Below are positions 45,829-54,720 of a stretch of 64,000 bases of DNA, in pieces (the first letter of the stretch is position 1; each line of letters opens with the position of its first letter). The stretch is from Bacteroidota bacterium (GTDB taxonomy: Bacteria > Bacteroidota > Bacteroidia > Cytophagales > Cyclobacteriaceae), in contig JAEYXN010000314.1 in assembly GCA_023431285.1 (NCBI GenBank), forward strand, positions 309 through 64,308, in the 5' to 3' direction. The notes below the pieces were generated by a model, which searched no databases, was not told the DNA's origin, and saw only the letters and a program-made list of their open reading frames with translations. The translations under genes were made by a program, and so were the position numbers.

Positions 45829-46863
45829 ATGAACGCCAGCCGCGACGTCACTATCTATGATCTTGCGAAAGCCCTGAAGCTTTCTCCTGCAACGGTCAGT
45901 CGTGGATTGAAAAATCATCCTGCCGTTAAGAAGGTCACGCGCGTTCGGATTCTCGATATGGCGAAGGTGATGGGATATCAGCGAAATCAGTTCGCCCGAA
46001 ACCTCCGCGTAAGGCATACCAACACCATCGGCGTGATCGTACCGCGACTCGACAGTTATGTGATGTCAGCCATCATCTCAGGGATGGAAAAAGTGGCGCA
46101 GGCCAGAGGATATAGTCTCCTCATCAGTCAATCACAGGAGTCCGCCGAGAAAGAGCAGTCTAATGTCAGGACTATGTTCAACAGCAGAGTTGACGGATTA
46201 CTTCTATCATTATCCTCCAACACAGAGGATCTATCACATCTGGACGCCTTTTTCCAGAAGCGTATTCCGGTCATCCTGTTTGATCGGGTGGTCCGGCATC
46301 CCCTCTCCACCAGCATTTCTATTGACAATGTCCGGGCAGGATATGATGTCACGCGTCATTTGATTGAGCAAGGCTGTAGTCGTATCGTGCACATTGGCGG
46401 AAGCATCAAGAGAGATGTGTACTCAGACCGCCTGGAAGGTTATCGCGCCGCGCTTCAGGAAAGCGGAATGATCATTGATAACTCATTGGTATTTCATAAT
46501 GAATTGAAAGAGGATGACGGAATCAATGTAGCCCGGGCCATATTGGAGCTCGATCCGATGCCGGATGGAATCTTTGCCTCCAACGACACCACCGCTGCTG
46601 CGTGCATTAAGATTCTCAAAGAAAATGGGTTGAGCATCCCGGGAGATATCGCTGTTGCAGGCTTTAATGAGGATCCTGTATCCCGTGTCATCGAACCTCA
46701 ACTCACCACCATTCACTACCCCGGATTGGACATGGGGGAACTGGCAGCGCGAACGATGATAGACGCCATTCGTGGGCAACATTCTGCCAGTTTGAATAAT
46801 CTTATTTTGCGTCATCAACTTGTAGTGAGAAATTCAACACTTCGTCATTCAAACCAAAACTGA
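45829..46863 (+). CDS. LacI-family transcriptional regulator
   Basis: The N-terminal HTH is TIYDLAKALKLSPATVSRGLKNHPAVKKVTRVRILDMAKVMGYQRNQFARNLR. A periplasmic-binding-protein-like sugar-binding core follows. Confidence 0.95.
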   Translation: MNASRDVTIYDLAKALKLSPATVSRGLKNHPAVKKVTRVRILDMAKVMGYQRNQFARNLRVRHTNTIGVIVPRLDSYVMSAIISGMEKVAQARGYSLLISQSQESAEKEQSNVRTMFNSRVDGLLLSLSSNTEDLSHLDAFFQKRIPVILFDRVVRHPLSTSISIDNVRAGYDVTRHLIEQGCSRIVHIGGSIKRDVYSDRLEGYRAALQESGMIIDNSLVFHNELKEDDGINVARAILELDPMPDGIFASNDTTAAACIKILKENGLSIPGDIAVAGFNEDPVSRVIEPQLTTIHYPGLDMGELAARTMIDAIRGQHSASLNNLILRHQLVVRNSTLRHSNQN

Positions 46864-46867
46864 AAAA

Positions 46868-49021
46868 ATGATCAGATCCTTTGTATTACTAGTTGCTTTA
46901 TCCCTGTTAACGTGCTTCTCAACGAGAGCAGAAGATGGTTATGAATTGTGGCTCAACTATAAACCTCTTGAAAAGAGTTCGCGGGATGGGTACCTGAAAC
47001 AGCTCAGCGGCGGATGGTATGTAGATCTGAGCAGCCCGACTGGAACAGTGATAAAAGCTGAGCTCACCCGTGCATTCAAAGCAATGTTCAATGGGCAAGT
47101 CGTGGAACAAAAGAATTCAGGGCTGGCCAACCAGTTGGTCATAGGAACACCGCGGTCATCGTCTCTGACGGCCTTTGCCTCTAAAGTAGAGAACGTAAAC
47201 GACGAAGGGTATGCGATCTTTTTCGCTACCATTAAGAACAAGCGATCTCTCGTCATATTAGGGAAAACCGACGTTGGCGCATTGTATGGAGCTTTCAATA
47301 TCCTGAAAGTCTTACAGACCAATCAGAAGATCACCGAAACAACAAGCTCACCTCGCACAAAGGTCCGCATACTTAATCACTGGGATAACCTCGACCGCAC
47401 TGTAGAGCGTGGTTATGCAGGTTTTTCCCTATGGGATTGGCACAAGCTTCCCGGTTATCTGGATCCCAGGTACACGGACTACGCAAGGGCCAACGCATCC
47501 ATCGGGATCAATGCTGCAGTGCTGACGAATGTGAATGCAAACTCACTGGTGCTCACTCCTCATTACCTGGAAAAGGTAAAGGCGTTGGCAGACGTATTCA
47601 GACCCTATGGAATCAAGGTATATCTCACTGCACGTTTCAGCGCACCAATCGAGATAGGGAAATTAAAGACAGCCGATCCGTTGGACCCGCAGGTGATATC
47701 ATGGTGGAAAGAAAAGATCAGTGAGATCTACCGGTACGTACCTGACTTCGGAGGATTCACAGTAAAAGCAAATTCGGAAGGTCAGCCAGGACCGCAGAAT
47801 TACAATCGCAACCACGCAGAGGGAGCAAACATGCTTGCCGAGGCGCTCACGCCGCACAACGGTATCGTTATGTGGAGAGCCTTTGTTTACGATCACAATG
47901 TTCCGGATGACCGGACGAAACAAGCCTACAATGAGTTCAAACCGCTGGATGGAAAGTTTAAGTCTAACGTCATGGTGCAGGTAAAAAATGGTCCTCTCGA
48001 CTTCCAGCCGCGTGAGCCATTCCATCCTCTGTTTGGCGCTATGCCATCAACAGCATTGCTTCCCGAGTTTCAACTTACCCAAGAGTATCTTGGATTTGCG
48101 ACGCACCTGTTTTACCAGGCTCCACTGTTTAAGGAAACACTGGAATCTGATACCTATGTGAAAGGAAAAGGCTCTACCGTAAGCAAAGTTGTTGACGGCA
48201 CGCTTCATGGATACTCATTGACGGGTATGGCAGGTGTTACAAATATCGGCAACGACAGAAACTGGTGTGGTCACCCTATCGCGCAGGCAAACTGGTACGC
48301 GTTCGGAAGACTGGCCTGGGACCATACGCTAACCTCTGAAGAGATCGCTGAAGAATGGATCCGCATGACACTGGGAAATGACGCTGCAGTGGTTCGTACC
48401 GTCAGAGAGATGATGATCGCCTCTCGTGAAATAACTGTACAATACATGACGCCCCTGGGCCTTCATCATATTATGGGTTGGGATCACCACTACGGACCTG
48501 CGCCGTGGATCAAGGATCGCCAACGGGCTGACTGGACGTCAGTGTACTATCATCGCGCTGGTGAAGACGGGATTGGGTTTGACCGGACCACGAGTGGAAG
48601 CAATGCGCTGGAACAGTACCACCCTTCAGTCCAGGACATCTTCAAAGATCCCGCGACTTGTCCTGAGTCTTTCCTGCTGTGGTTCCATCATGTGGAGTGG
48701 AACCGGAAAATGAAGTCCGGGCGAAGCTTATGGGATGAGATGTGTCATTCTTATCAGAAAGGTGTCGACTCTGTCGCGTGGCTCGAAAAACAATGGCAGT
48801 CAATAGGAAAACAAATCGATCCGGAGATCCATGCACATGTAGAGAGCTTATTAAAAATCCAGCATGACGAAGCAAAGTGGTGGAGAGATGCGTGTCTTTC
48901 ATACTTCCAGCAATTCTCAAAGCAGCCTATTCCTGCCGGTGTAGATAAACCAGCGAAGTCGGTGGAATACTATGAAAGTCTGCAGTTCCCGTATGCTCCG
49001 GGAATCAGACCCAGGTGGTGA
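46868..49021 (+). CDS. aguA: alpha-glucuronidase, glycoside hydrolase family 67
   Basis: 717-aa ORF with a signal peptide. The N-terminal EDGYELWLNYKPL and the length and architecture are characteristic of GH67 AguA. It starts 4 nt after the LacI gene. Confidence 0.9.
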   Translation: MIRSFVLLVALSLLTCFSTRAEDGYELWLNYKPLEKSSRDGYLKQLSGGWYVDLSSPTGTVIKAELTRAFKAMFNGQVVEQKNSGLANQLVIGTPRSSSLTAFASKVENVNDEGYAIFFATIKNKRSLVILGKTDVGALYGAFNILKVLQTNQKITETTSSPRTKVRILNHWDNLDRTVERGYAGFSLWDWHKLPGYLDPRYTDYARANASIGINAAVLTNVNANSLVLTPHYLEKVKALADVFRPYGIKVYLTARFSAPIEIGKLKTADPLDPQVISWWKEKISEIYRYVPDFGGFTVKANSEGQPGPQNYNRNHAEGANMLAEALTPHNGIVMWRAFVYDHNVPDDRTKQAYNEFKPLDGKFKSNVMVQVKNGPLDFQPREPFHPLFGAMPSTALLPEFQLTQEYLGFATHLFYQAPLFKETLESDTYVKGKGSTVSKVVDGTLHGYSLTGMAGVTNIGNDRNWCGHPIAQANWYAFGRLAWDHTLTSEEIAEEWIRMTLGNDAAVVRTVREMMIASREITVQYMTPLGLHHIMGWDHHYGPAPWIKDRQRADWTSVYYHRAGEDGIGFDRTTSGSNALEQYHPSVQDIFKDPATCPESFLLWFHHVEWNRKMKSGRSLWDEMCHSYQKGVDSVAWLEKQWQSIGKQIDPEIHAHVESLLKIQHDEAKWWRDACLSYFQQFSKQPIPAGVDKPAKSVEYYESLQFPYAPGIRPRW

Positions 49022-49027
49022 ACTAAT

Positions 49028-49067
49028 CAGCCGGGATCAGCATACTTCTTTATGATGATCCCGGCTG
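49028..49067 (+). terminator. 11-bp-stem hairpin after the GH67 gene
   Basis: CAGCCGGGATC (49028-49038) pairs perfectly with GATCCCGGCTG (49057-49067) and is followed by TTATTAATATTTT. Confidence 0.6.
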
Positions 49068-49269
49068 TTATTAATATTTTGTTCCTTCCTTCAGTCCCAC
49101 CACCAACGCTACCGATCCAAAGTGACCATAATGGTTCCATCACAACGACATTTCGTATAAGGCAATTGGGAATTGGTCTCATAGGAACCGGCAACCGATT
49201 ATACCTGTATTGTACGGGTAATGCATTAATTTCTTAATTTCGGATTTGCGCTACCACGCTCAGCCTTGT

Positions 49270-50298
49270 ATGGACGAAAGAAAAGAGATTACTATTTATG
49301 ACATCGCTGAAAAGCTCAACCTGTCACCCGCGACTGTCAGCAGGGGTCTGAAGGATCATCCGGCGATAAAGAAAGAAACCAAGAAAAAGATCAAAGAGGC
49401 TGCGGCCAAAATGGGTTATCAGAATAATCTGTTTGCCAGCAATCTTCGCTCCCGCCGCACCAATACCATAGGTGTCATCATCCCGCGACTCAACAGTTAT
49501 TTCATGTCCTCGGTTATATCGGGTATGGAACACGTGGTGAACAGTAAAGGTTACAATCTTATAATCAGTCAGTCGCAGGAAACATTTGAGAAGGAGGTTG
49601 CCAGCGTGACGACCATGTACAATAATCGCGTGGACGGGCTCCTGGTTTCCCTCGCTTTCAGCACTGAAAACATCGATCATTTTGATGCCTTGTTAAGGAA
49701 AAAAATTCCAGTCATCTTCTTCGACAGAGTCTTTGATCATCCTCATTGTACAAATGTGGTCATCGATAATGTCCGTGCCGCCTACGACGCTGTACATCAC
49801 CTGATCGACGAGGGATGCAGGCGCATCGTTCACATTGGCGGAAATCTGAAACGAAATGTGTATGCAGACCGTCTGAAGGGATACACGATGGCCCTTCAGG
49901 AGAAAGGTATTCATTATAATGACAAGCTTGTGATCATCAACAATCTCAATGAACAGGGCGGTCTTGACGCAGCACAGAAGATACTTCAAATGAAGACGAG
50001 GCCGGATGGGATCTTTGCGGCTAACGATACATCCGCCGTGGCATGCATGCAAGGCTTGAAGGTAGGTGGTATCCGAATCCCGCAGGACATTGCAATTGTA
50101 GGATTTAACAATGATCCTCTTTCACGCATCATTGAACCCAACCTTACCACAATTAATTATCCGGGATATGAGATGGGAGAGGTCGCTGCTACGACATTGA
50201 TTAATTCCATAAACAACGCCGAGTCCTCCCCTATTACGACACTAGTGTTGCGGCATCAGCTGATCATCAGACAGTCATCCATCCGGAAGAAATCGTGA
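49270..50298 (+). CDS. LacI-family transcriptional regulator (paralog of 45829..46863)
   Basis: MDERKEITIYDIAEKLNLSPATVSRGLKDHPAIKKETKKKIKEAAAKMGYQNNLFASNLR. The protein is collinear with the first LacI protein over its full length. The ORF is open from 49246. Confidence 0.95.
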   Translation: MDERKEITIYDIAEKLNLSPATVSRGLKDHPAIKKETKKKIKEAAAKMGYQNNLFASNLRSRRTNTIGVIIPRLNSYFMSSVISGMEHVVNSKGYNLIISQSQETFEKEVASVTTMYNNRVDGLLVSLAFSTENIDHFDALLRKKIPVIFFDRVFDHPHCTNVVIDNVRAAYDAVHHLIDEGCRRIVHIGGNLKRNVYADRLKGYTMALQEKGIHYNDKLVIINNLNEQGGLDAAQKILQMKTRPDGIFAANDTSAVACMQGLKVGGIRIPQDIAIVGFNNDPLSRIIEPNLTTINYPGYEMGEVAATTLINSINNAESSPITTLVLRHQLIIRQSSIRKKS

Positions 50299-50344
50299 TG
50301 AAAGGGTCATTGCACAAGCCGGGCTTAACCATTACATTTGACTT

Positions 50345-50650
50345 ATGATGACTGTGCTGAGGATAATAGGAATCGCTTTCGCGTTAACCATAACTGTTCA
50401 TGCGTATGGCCAGGACGTTACGACGTCGGCAACTGACCATCGGGTGCGGATCGAAAAAACGCGAAGAGTGCACAGCAAAGTCCTGCCGACAGAGCGGAAC
50501 GGTCAGTTAATGAAACGCCGTAAGGAGTTCAGTGCATCCGGAAGCTCAAGGGAGGCACGCGTATTCAAGAGGCAGGGTCGTTCCGGTAAACGCGATGGTA
50601 AGACCGGCACAAGGCCATCACGCCATCGCAAAGCACCCGCCGTCAAATAA
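50345..50650 (+). CDS. small secreted arginine/lysine-rich protein (hypothetical)
   Basis: Signal peptide MMTVLRIIGIAFALTITVHAYGQ, followed by a highly basic low-complexity sequence (KRRKEF...RQGRSGKRDGKTGTRPSRHRK). No family was recognised. Confidence 0.35.
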   Translation: MMTVLRIIGIAFALTITVHAYGQDVTTSATDHRVRIEKTRRVHSKVLPTERNGQLMKRRKEFSASGSSREARVFKRQGRSGKRDGKTGTRPSRHRKAPAVK

Positions 50651-50794
50651 TCAATAGCAGTAACGACGATTGTGTGAGCCACAATCTTCAACCTGCTGCG
50701 CGTAACGGCTTTTCAATTGATTAAAGATCATAAGAACATTCTATTTGTTGAAAAGAGGCATGCGCATCACGACAGCCAATAAACATTCACACCC

Positions 50795-52123
50795 ATGGTA
50801 AAACGTTCCTTCATCCTGAGTCTTCTCATTCCTGTGCTGCTCTTCATCGGATGCGACAAAAAATCTGATCGGCCAGACTTTAACCAGTTGGGTCGTGAAT
50901 ACGTAAAGCTCGGGCTCATTATAGGGCAATATGATCCAGACTTCGTAGATGCTTACTATGGCCCGGATTCTCTTAAGCCCGCCAATGATGTAAACACGGC
51001 AGAATTTCCCCGCGAAGAACTACTGAATAGAACAGCGTCGCTCAAAGATAAAATAGAAAAGATCCCACAGGAGAATCTCAACGACACATTGAAGATGCGG
51101 GCGCAGTGGATGCTCCGACAACTGAAAGCTTTTGAAAGAAGGATAAGAATATTTGCGGGGGACAAGGCGACTTTTGATGAAGAGGCAGCAGACCTGTTCG
51201 CAACAGAGCCTCCCATATATCCAGAGGAGCATTACAGATCGCTGGTCAACTCACTGGACAGCATTCTCCCTGGCAGGGGTTCGGTCGTTGAGAGGTATCA
51301 GGCATTGTTCGAGAAATTCAATATTCCCCCGTCCAAAGTTGACACCGTTTTTAAGGCGGCTCTCGCCGAAGCAAGAAGAATTACCCAGGAACGTTTTGAC
51401 CTTCCCGGGAGCGAAAGCTTTACCATTGAGTATGTGCGGGACAAAGCGTGGAACGGGTACAACTGGTATCAAGGCAATTACACCAGCCTGATCCAGATCA
51501 ACGTAGACCACCCTATCAACATCGCGAGGGCGATTGATCTTGCCTGTCACGAAGGTTATCCCGGCCATCACGTCTACAATGTATTACTCGAAAAGAACTT
51601 ATACCGGGACAAAGGCTGGGTGGAAATCTCAATGTATCCTCTATTCAGTCCGCAGTCGCTCATAGCCGAAGGAAGTGCGAACTATGGAATCGAAATGGCC
51701 TTCCCGGAAAAGAAATTCAAGCAGTTCACTAAAGAAGTCCTTCTTCCACTTGCGGGACTTGACACTTCAAACTTTGAACAGTATTACAAAGCCAGCATCT
51801 TAAGAAAGAAGCTGAACTTCGCCCGCAATGAAATAGCCCGGGGAATCATCAATGGAACAATGACTCCCGACGAGATCACACGATGGCAGGTCGAGTATCA
51901 GTTTGTACCAAAAGAGCGCGTAGCCTCCTCGTTGAAGTTCATCGAAAAGTATCGCAGCTATGTCATTTGCTACAACCATGGCGAAGCTCTGGTGGAACAA
52001 TATGTGAAGGCCAACACAACGGCTGGACACTCCGATCAGAGATGGAAGACTTTTGAGTGGCTGCTGAGCAATCCGGTATCACCGCCGGATTTGGGCGAGG
52101 CGCCCGTGGCAGGTAGCAGGTAA
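50795..52123 (+). CDS. lipoprotein with an HExxPGHH metallo-motif (DUF885-like)
   Basis: Lipobox LLFIGC. LACHEGYPGHHVYN followed by IAEGSANYG resembles the DUF885 HE..PGHH ... EGWA.Y pattern. The last 10 codons and the stop lie inside the repeat array that begins at 52093. Confidence 0.6.
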   Translation: MVKRSFILSLLIPVLLFIGCDKKSDRPDFNQLGREYVKLGLIIGQYDPDFVDAYYGPDSLKPANDVNTAEFPREELLNRTASLKDKIEKIPQENLNDTLKMRAQWMLRQLKAFERRIRIFAGDKATFDEEAADLFATEPPIYPEEHYRSLVNSLDSILPGRGSVVERYQALFEKFNIPPSKVDTVFKAALAEARRITQERFDLPGSESFTIEYVRDKAWNGYNWYQGNYTSLIQINVDHPINIARAIDLACHEGYPGHHVYNVLLEKNLYRDKGWVEISMYPLFSPQSLIAEGSANYGIEMAFPEKKFKQFTKEVLLPLAGLDTSNFEQYYKASILRKKLNFARNEIARGIINGTMTPDEITRWQVEYQFVPKERVASSLKFIEKYRSYVICYNHGEALVEQYVKANTTAGHSDQRWKTFEWLLSNPVSPPDLGEAPVAGSR

Positions 52124-52516
52124 CAAGTAACAGGGGCCCACGTTGGTTCAGATACCTTCACTCTCACACTGTTACTCACTCTGATTCAAGTAGCAGGTAG
52201 CAGGTAACAAGTAACAGGGGCTGGGCCCACTTCGCTCTCACACTGTCACTCACTCTGATTCAGGTAGCAGGGGCGAGACGCCCGTAGCAAGTAGCAAGTA
52301 ACAAGTAACAGGGTCCCACGAGTAACAGCGGGCCCCACGTTAAGGTCGGATACCTTCGCTCTCACACTGTTACTCACTCTGATTCAGGTAGCAGGTAACA
52401 AGTAGCAAGTAGCAAGTAACAAGGGGACGGACAAGTAACAGGGGCCCACGAGTAACAGCGGACCCCACGTTAAGGTCGGATACCTTCGCTCTCACACTGT
52501 CACTCACTCTGATTCA
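52093..52516. repeat. composite tandem array: 4 units of 73-130 nt, each made of heptamer runs plus a conserved 33-35-nt terminal block
   Basis: The terminal block CTTC(A/G)CTCTCACACTGT(T/C)ACTCACTCTGATTCA occurs at 52154-52188, 52230-52262, 52352-52386 and 52482-52516. The last two units (about 125-130 nt) are near-identical. GGGCGAGRCGCCCGTRGCARGTAGCARG occurs at 52093-52120 and again at 52271-52298. Confidence 0.9.
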
Positions 52517-52619
52517 AACCCCGCCGTCTCGGATCGCTTTGCAAGTATGCGGTTGCCTTAGCGATCCCACCCGTTCATATCGTCCCATCCAACGGCGAGG
52601 CAGAAGGCATCCTAAAGTG

Positions 52620-52729
52620 GGGTTGTCCCCCTGTTCTCCGCCTGTTCTCCCTCTATTCATGCTTGCTCTTAAAGGAGGTTGACAGGTGATCAAGACGTGG
52701 ACAACAGGCTTACAACAGGGGGACAACCC
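52620..52729. repeat. 110-bp element with terminal inverted repeats (MITE-like or REP-like), copy B
   Basis: GGGTTGTCCCCCTGTTCT (52620-52637) pairs with ACAACAGGGGGACAACCC (52712-52729) at 17 of 18 positions. Length, orientation and right-flank sequence (CCCTACnnTTGCAnTGC) match copy A. Confidence 0.8.
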
Positions 52730-52905
52730 TACTCTTGCAGTGCTCATGGTATGCTCGAAAGACGTCGCGGCATGGGCATTATAAGATCGATATCGGGTGT
52801 TTGGTATTCTGTCTTCTTAAATTGGATGCTGGGCAAACCTGGTAACCTGGGGCGCGTCCAACCCGTTCACATCGAAATAAAGAAGATTAAAGTACTGAGA
52901 AGATC

Positions 52906-53502
52906 TTAGTTCAATGCGACAGGTTTGTTCTTGACTAGCTTGAATGTTCGCGCGATTTTTTCAAAGGTGGCGTTAAACCTTTCCTTCCTTTCCTGCAGTG
53001 TCCACGCCATAACCATGTAAAGCTTCTCCTCCCCTTCAATGAAGGTGACAAAATAAGAGATCGGCACCTTGATGCCTTCCACGGCACCATCCAATTCGGT
53101 CTTCGCAGCAGAAAGGCCGTGGATCTTCAACTTCGTCAATGCTTTCTGCGCGATGACATCCATGGCTGACGTTGTGAAGCCGAGTTGTGTATCAGCATAA
53201 TTCATCAGGATGCTTCGCGCCGAATCGTACATATCGGCTTCGACAAGAGCATCAATAAATTCCTGCTTACTCTCATCAATGACGATTACATACGTTTCCT
53301 TTATAACATTCTGAAACTGGAGTGATGCATCATCGTTAAGGAGCGTCGTTTTGGTCATGTACGAAGGAATATCAATACTGTATTCATCGTTGATGACAAC
53401 GGGGACAAAATCGGGGTTCTTTTCATCACCGGTAAGTGAACTCAATGAACAGGAAATTGCAACAAAGGCAATGGCAGCTAACGGAATAATGGCAAATCTC
53501 AT
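52906..53502 (-). CDS. hypothetical lipoprotein
   Basis: Signal peptide with lipobox MRFAIIPLAAIAFVAISC, in a 198-aa ORF. No family was recognised. Confidence 0.5.
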   Translation of the reverse strand: MRFAIIPLAAIAFVAISCSLSSLTGDEKNPDFVPVVINDEYSIDIPSYMTKTTLLNDDASLQFQNVIKETYVIVIDESKQEFIDALVEADMYDSARSILMNYADTQLGFTTSAMDVIAQKALTKLKIHGLSAAKTELDGAVEGIKVPISYFVTFIEGEEKLYMVMAWTLQERKERFNATFEKIARTFKLVKNKPVALN

Positions 53503-53714
53503 TTGATGGAATTTTATCCAAATTCCCTATTGCCATCCGTTTATACAAATGAAAAATCACGAATATATTACTTCAATAAGAGCAGCGAAAAGCTCGTGGA
53601 TGTTCAATAAACGTTTCGACAAGAAGTTGTTTTCATTCATGCACGAAGCACGCCTTCAGCATCTCTCATCAGGGGTAACGTGATGTAAATATCCGGATGC
53701 AACATGATCTTCGC

Positions 53715-54671
53715 CTACTTCATCGTCTTCGAAAGATAGGAGAACGATCTCGTCAGTGTTTGTTCAGGTTCCGGGGCCAGGTCACGTTCGAGGTAGAAAT
53801 GTTCAGCACCGGATTTTGAAGCAGCATCAATGATTGCTGGTATATCAAACACACCAGTCCCGGGATCAGCCATCTTCCCAAAGATCGAGAACCATTGATC
53901 CGGGGTATTGCCATCACCACTGAATCGAACCGGCTCCGATGCGTCTTTCAAATGTAAAAGCTTAAATCTGCCAGGATACTTCTTCAGGTATTCCAGGGGA
54001 CTGGCACCCGCGGCAGACATCCAGAAAATATCCAGTTCAAATTTGACAGTTTTAGGATCAGTCTCATTGAGCAATACATTCATCAATACTTTGCCGTCTT
54101 TTTGCGCATGCTCGTACCCATGATTATGATAAACGAATGTGATGCCGTGCTTCGCCATTTCCTTTCCAAATGAGTTGAACTCTTCGGCCAGTTTTCCGAA
54201 GTCAGCGCGATCATCAGGATTTGCAATCGCTGGAATCGCCGCATACTTTGTTCCCAGCTTCTCCAGTTGGTCCATGGCAGGATGAAGATTCCTGCGAAAG
54301 GTGAACAAGTCAAGATGAACCGATGGCGTTGTGAGACCAAGATCGCTCAGGATGCGTTTTATCTCAGCGGGTTTGTGACCATAAAAAGCATTCTGGGTTA
54401 TGCCGAGCTGATCAGCGAGAGGTTTCCATCCTTCAATTGTCTCAGGTGCGCTAAACTCATAAGGCCCGAAGAACTCAATCTCCTTATATCCGATGCCTGC
54501 GAGCTTTTTCATAGTGCCTTCGAAGTCGCGGGACATCATTGTCGGTATAGAGAACAGTTGGATTCCTACCTTCGAAGTTTTCTTTGAGACTTCAGAGAAC
54601 GCGAACGGAGAGACCGCTATACCCGTTGCAGTTGCTGCGGAAACCTTGAGGAAATGACGTCTGTTGATCAT
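53715..54671 (-). CDS. Tat-exported sugar phosphate isomerase/epimerase (xylose-isomerase-like TIM barrel)
   Basis: The likely start is MINRRHFLKVSAATATGIAV, a twin-arginine signal, at 54671. The TIM-barrel pattern includes GYKEIEFFGP, HNHGYEH, ELDIFW and LHLKD. Confidence 0.85.
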   Translation of the reverse strand: MINRRHFLKVSAATATGIAVSPFAFSEVSKKTSKVGIQLFSIPTMMSRDFEGTMKKLAGIGYKEIEFFGPYEFSAPETIEGWKPLADQLGITQNAFYGHKPAEIKRILSDLGLTTPSVHLDLFTFRRNLHPAMDQLEKLGTKYAAIPAIANPDDRADFGKLAEEFNSFGKEMAKHGITFVYHNHGYEHAQKDGKVLMNVLLNETDPKTVKFELDIFWMSAAGASPLEYLKKYPGRFKLLHLKDASEPVRFSGDGNTPDQWFSIFGKMADPGTGVFDIPAIIDAASKSGAEHFYLERDLAPEPEQTLTRSFSYLSKTMK

Positions 54672-54720
54672 GAGCGTGGGTTTAATGCGTACAATATACA
54701 CAACCTACGCGTTAAAAAAA

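Noticed and set aside
52093-52516. A CRISPR-like look, with a conserved block of about 35 nt recurring four times and different sequence in between.
   Set aside because: The would-be spacers vary in length (about 40 to 95 nt) and are themselves repeats: heptamer runs and modules shared between units. No cas genes or leader are present. This is a composite tandem repeat.
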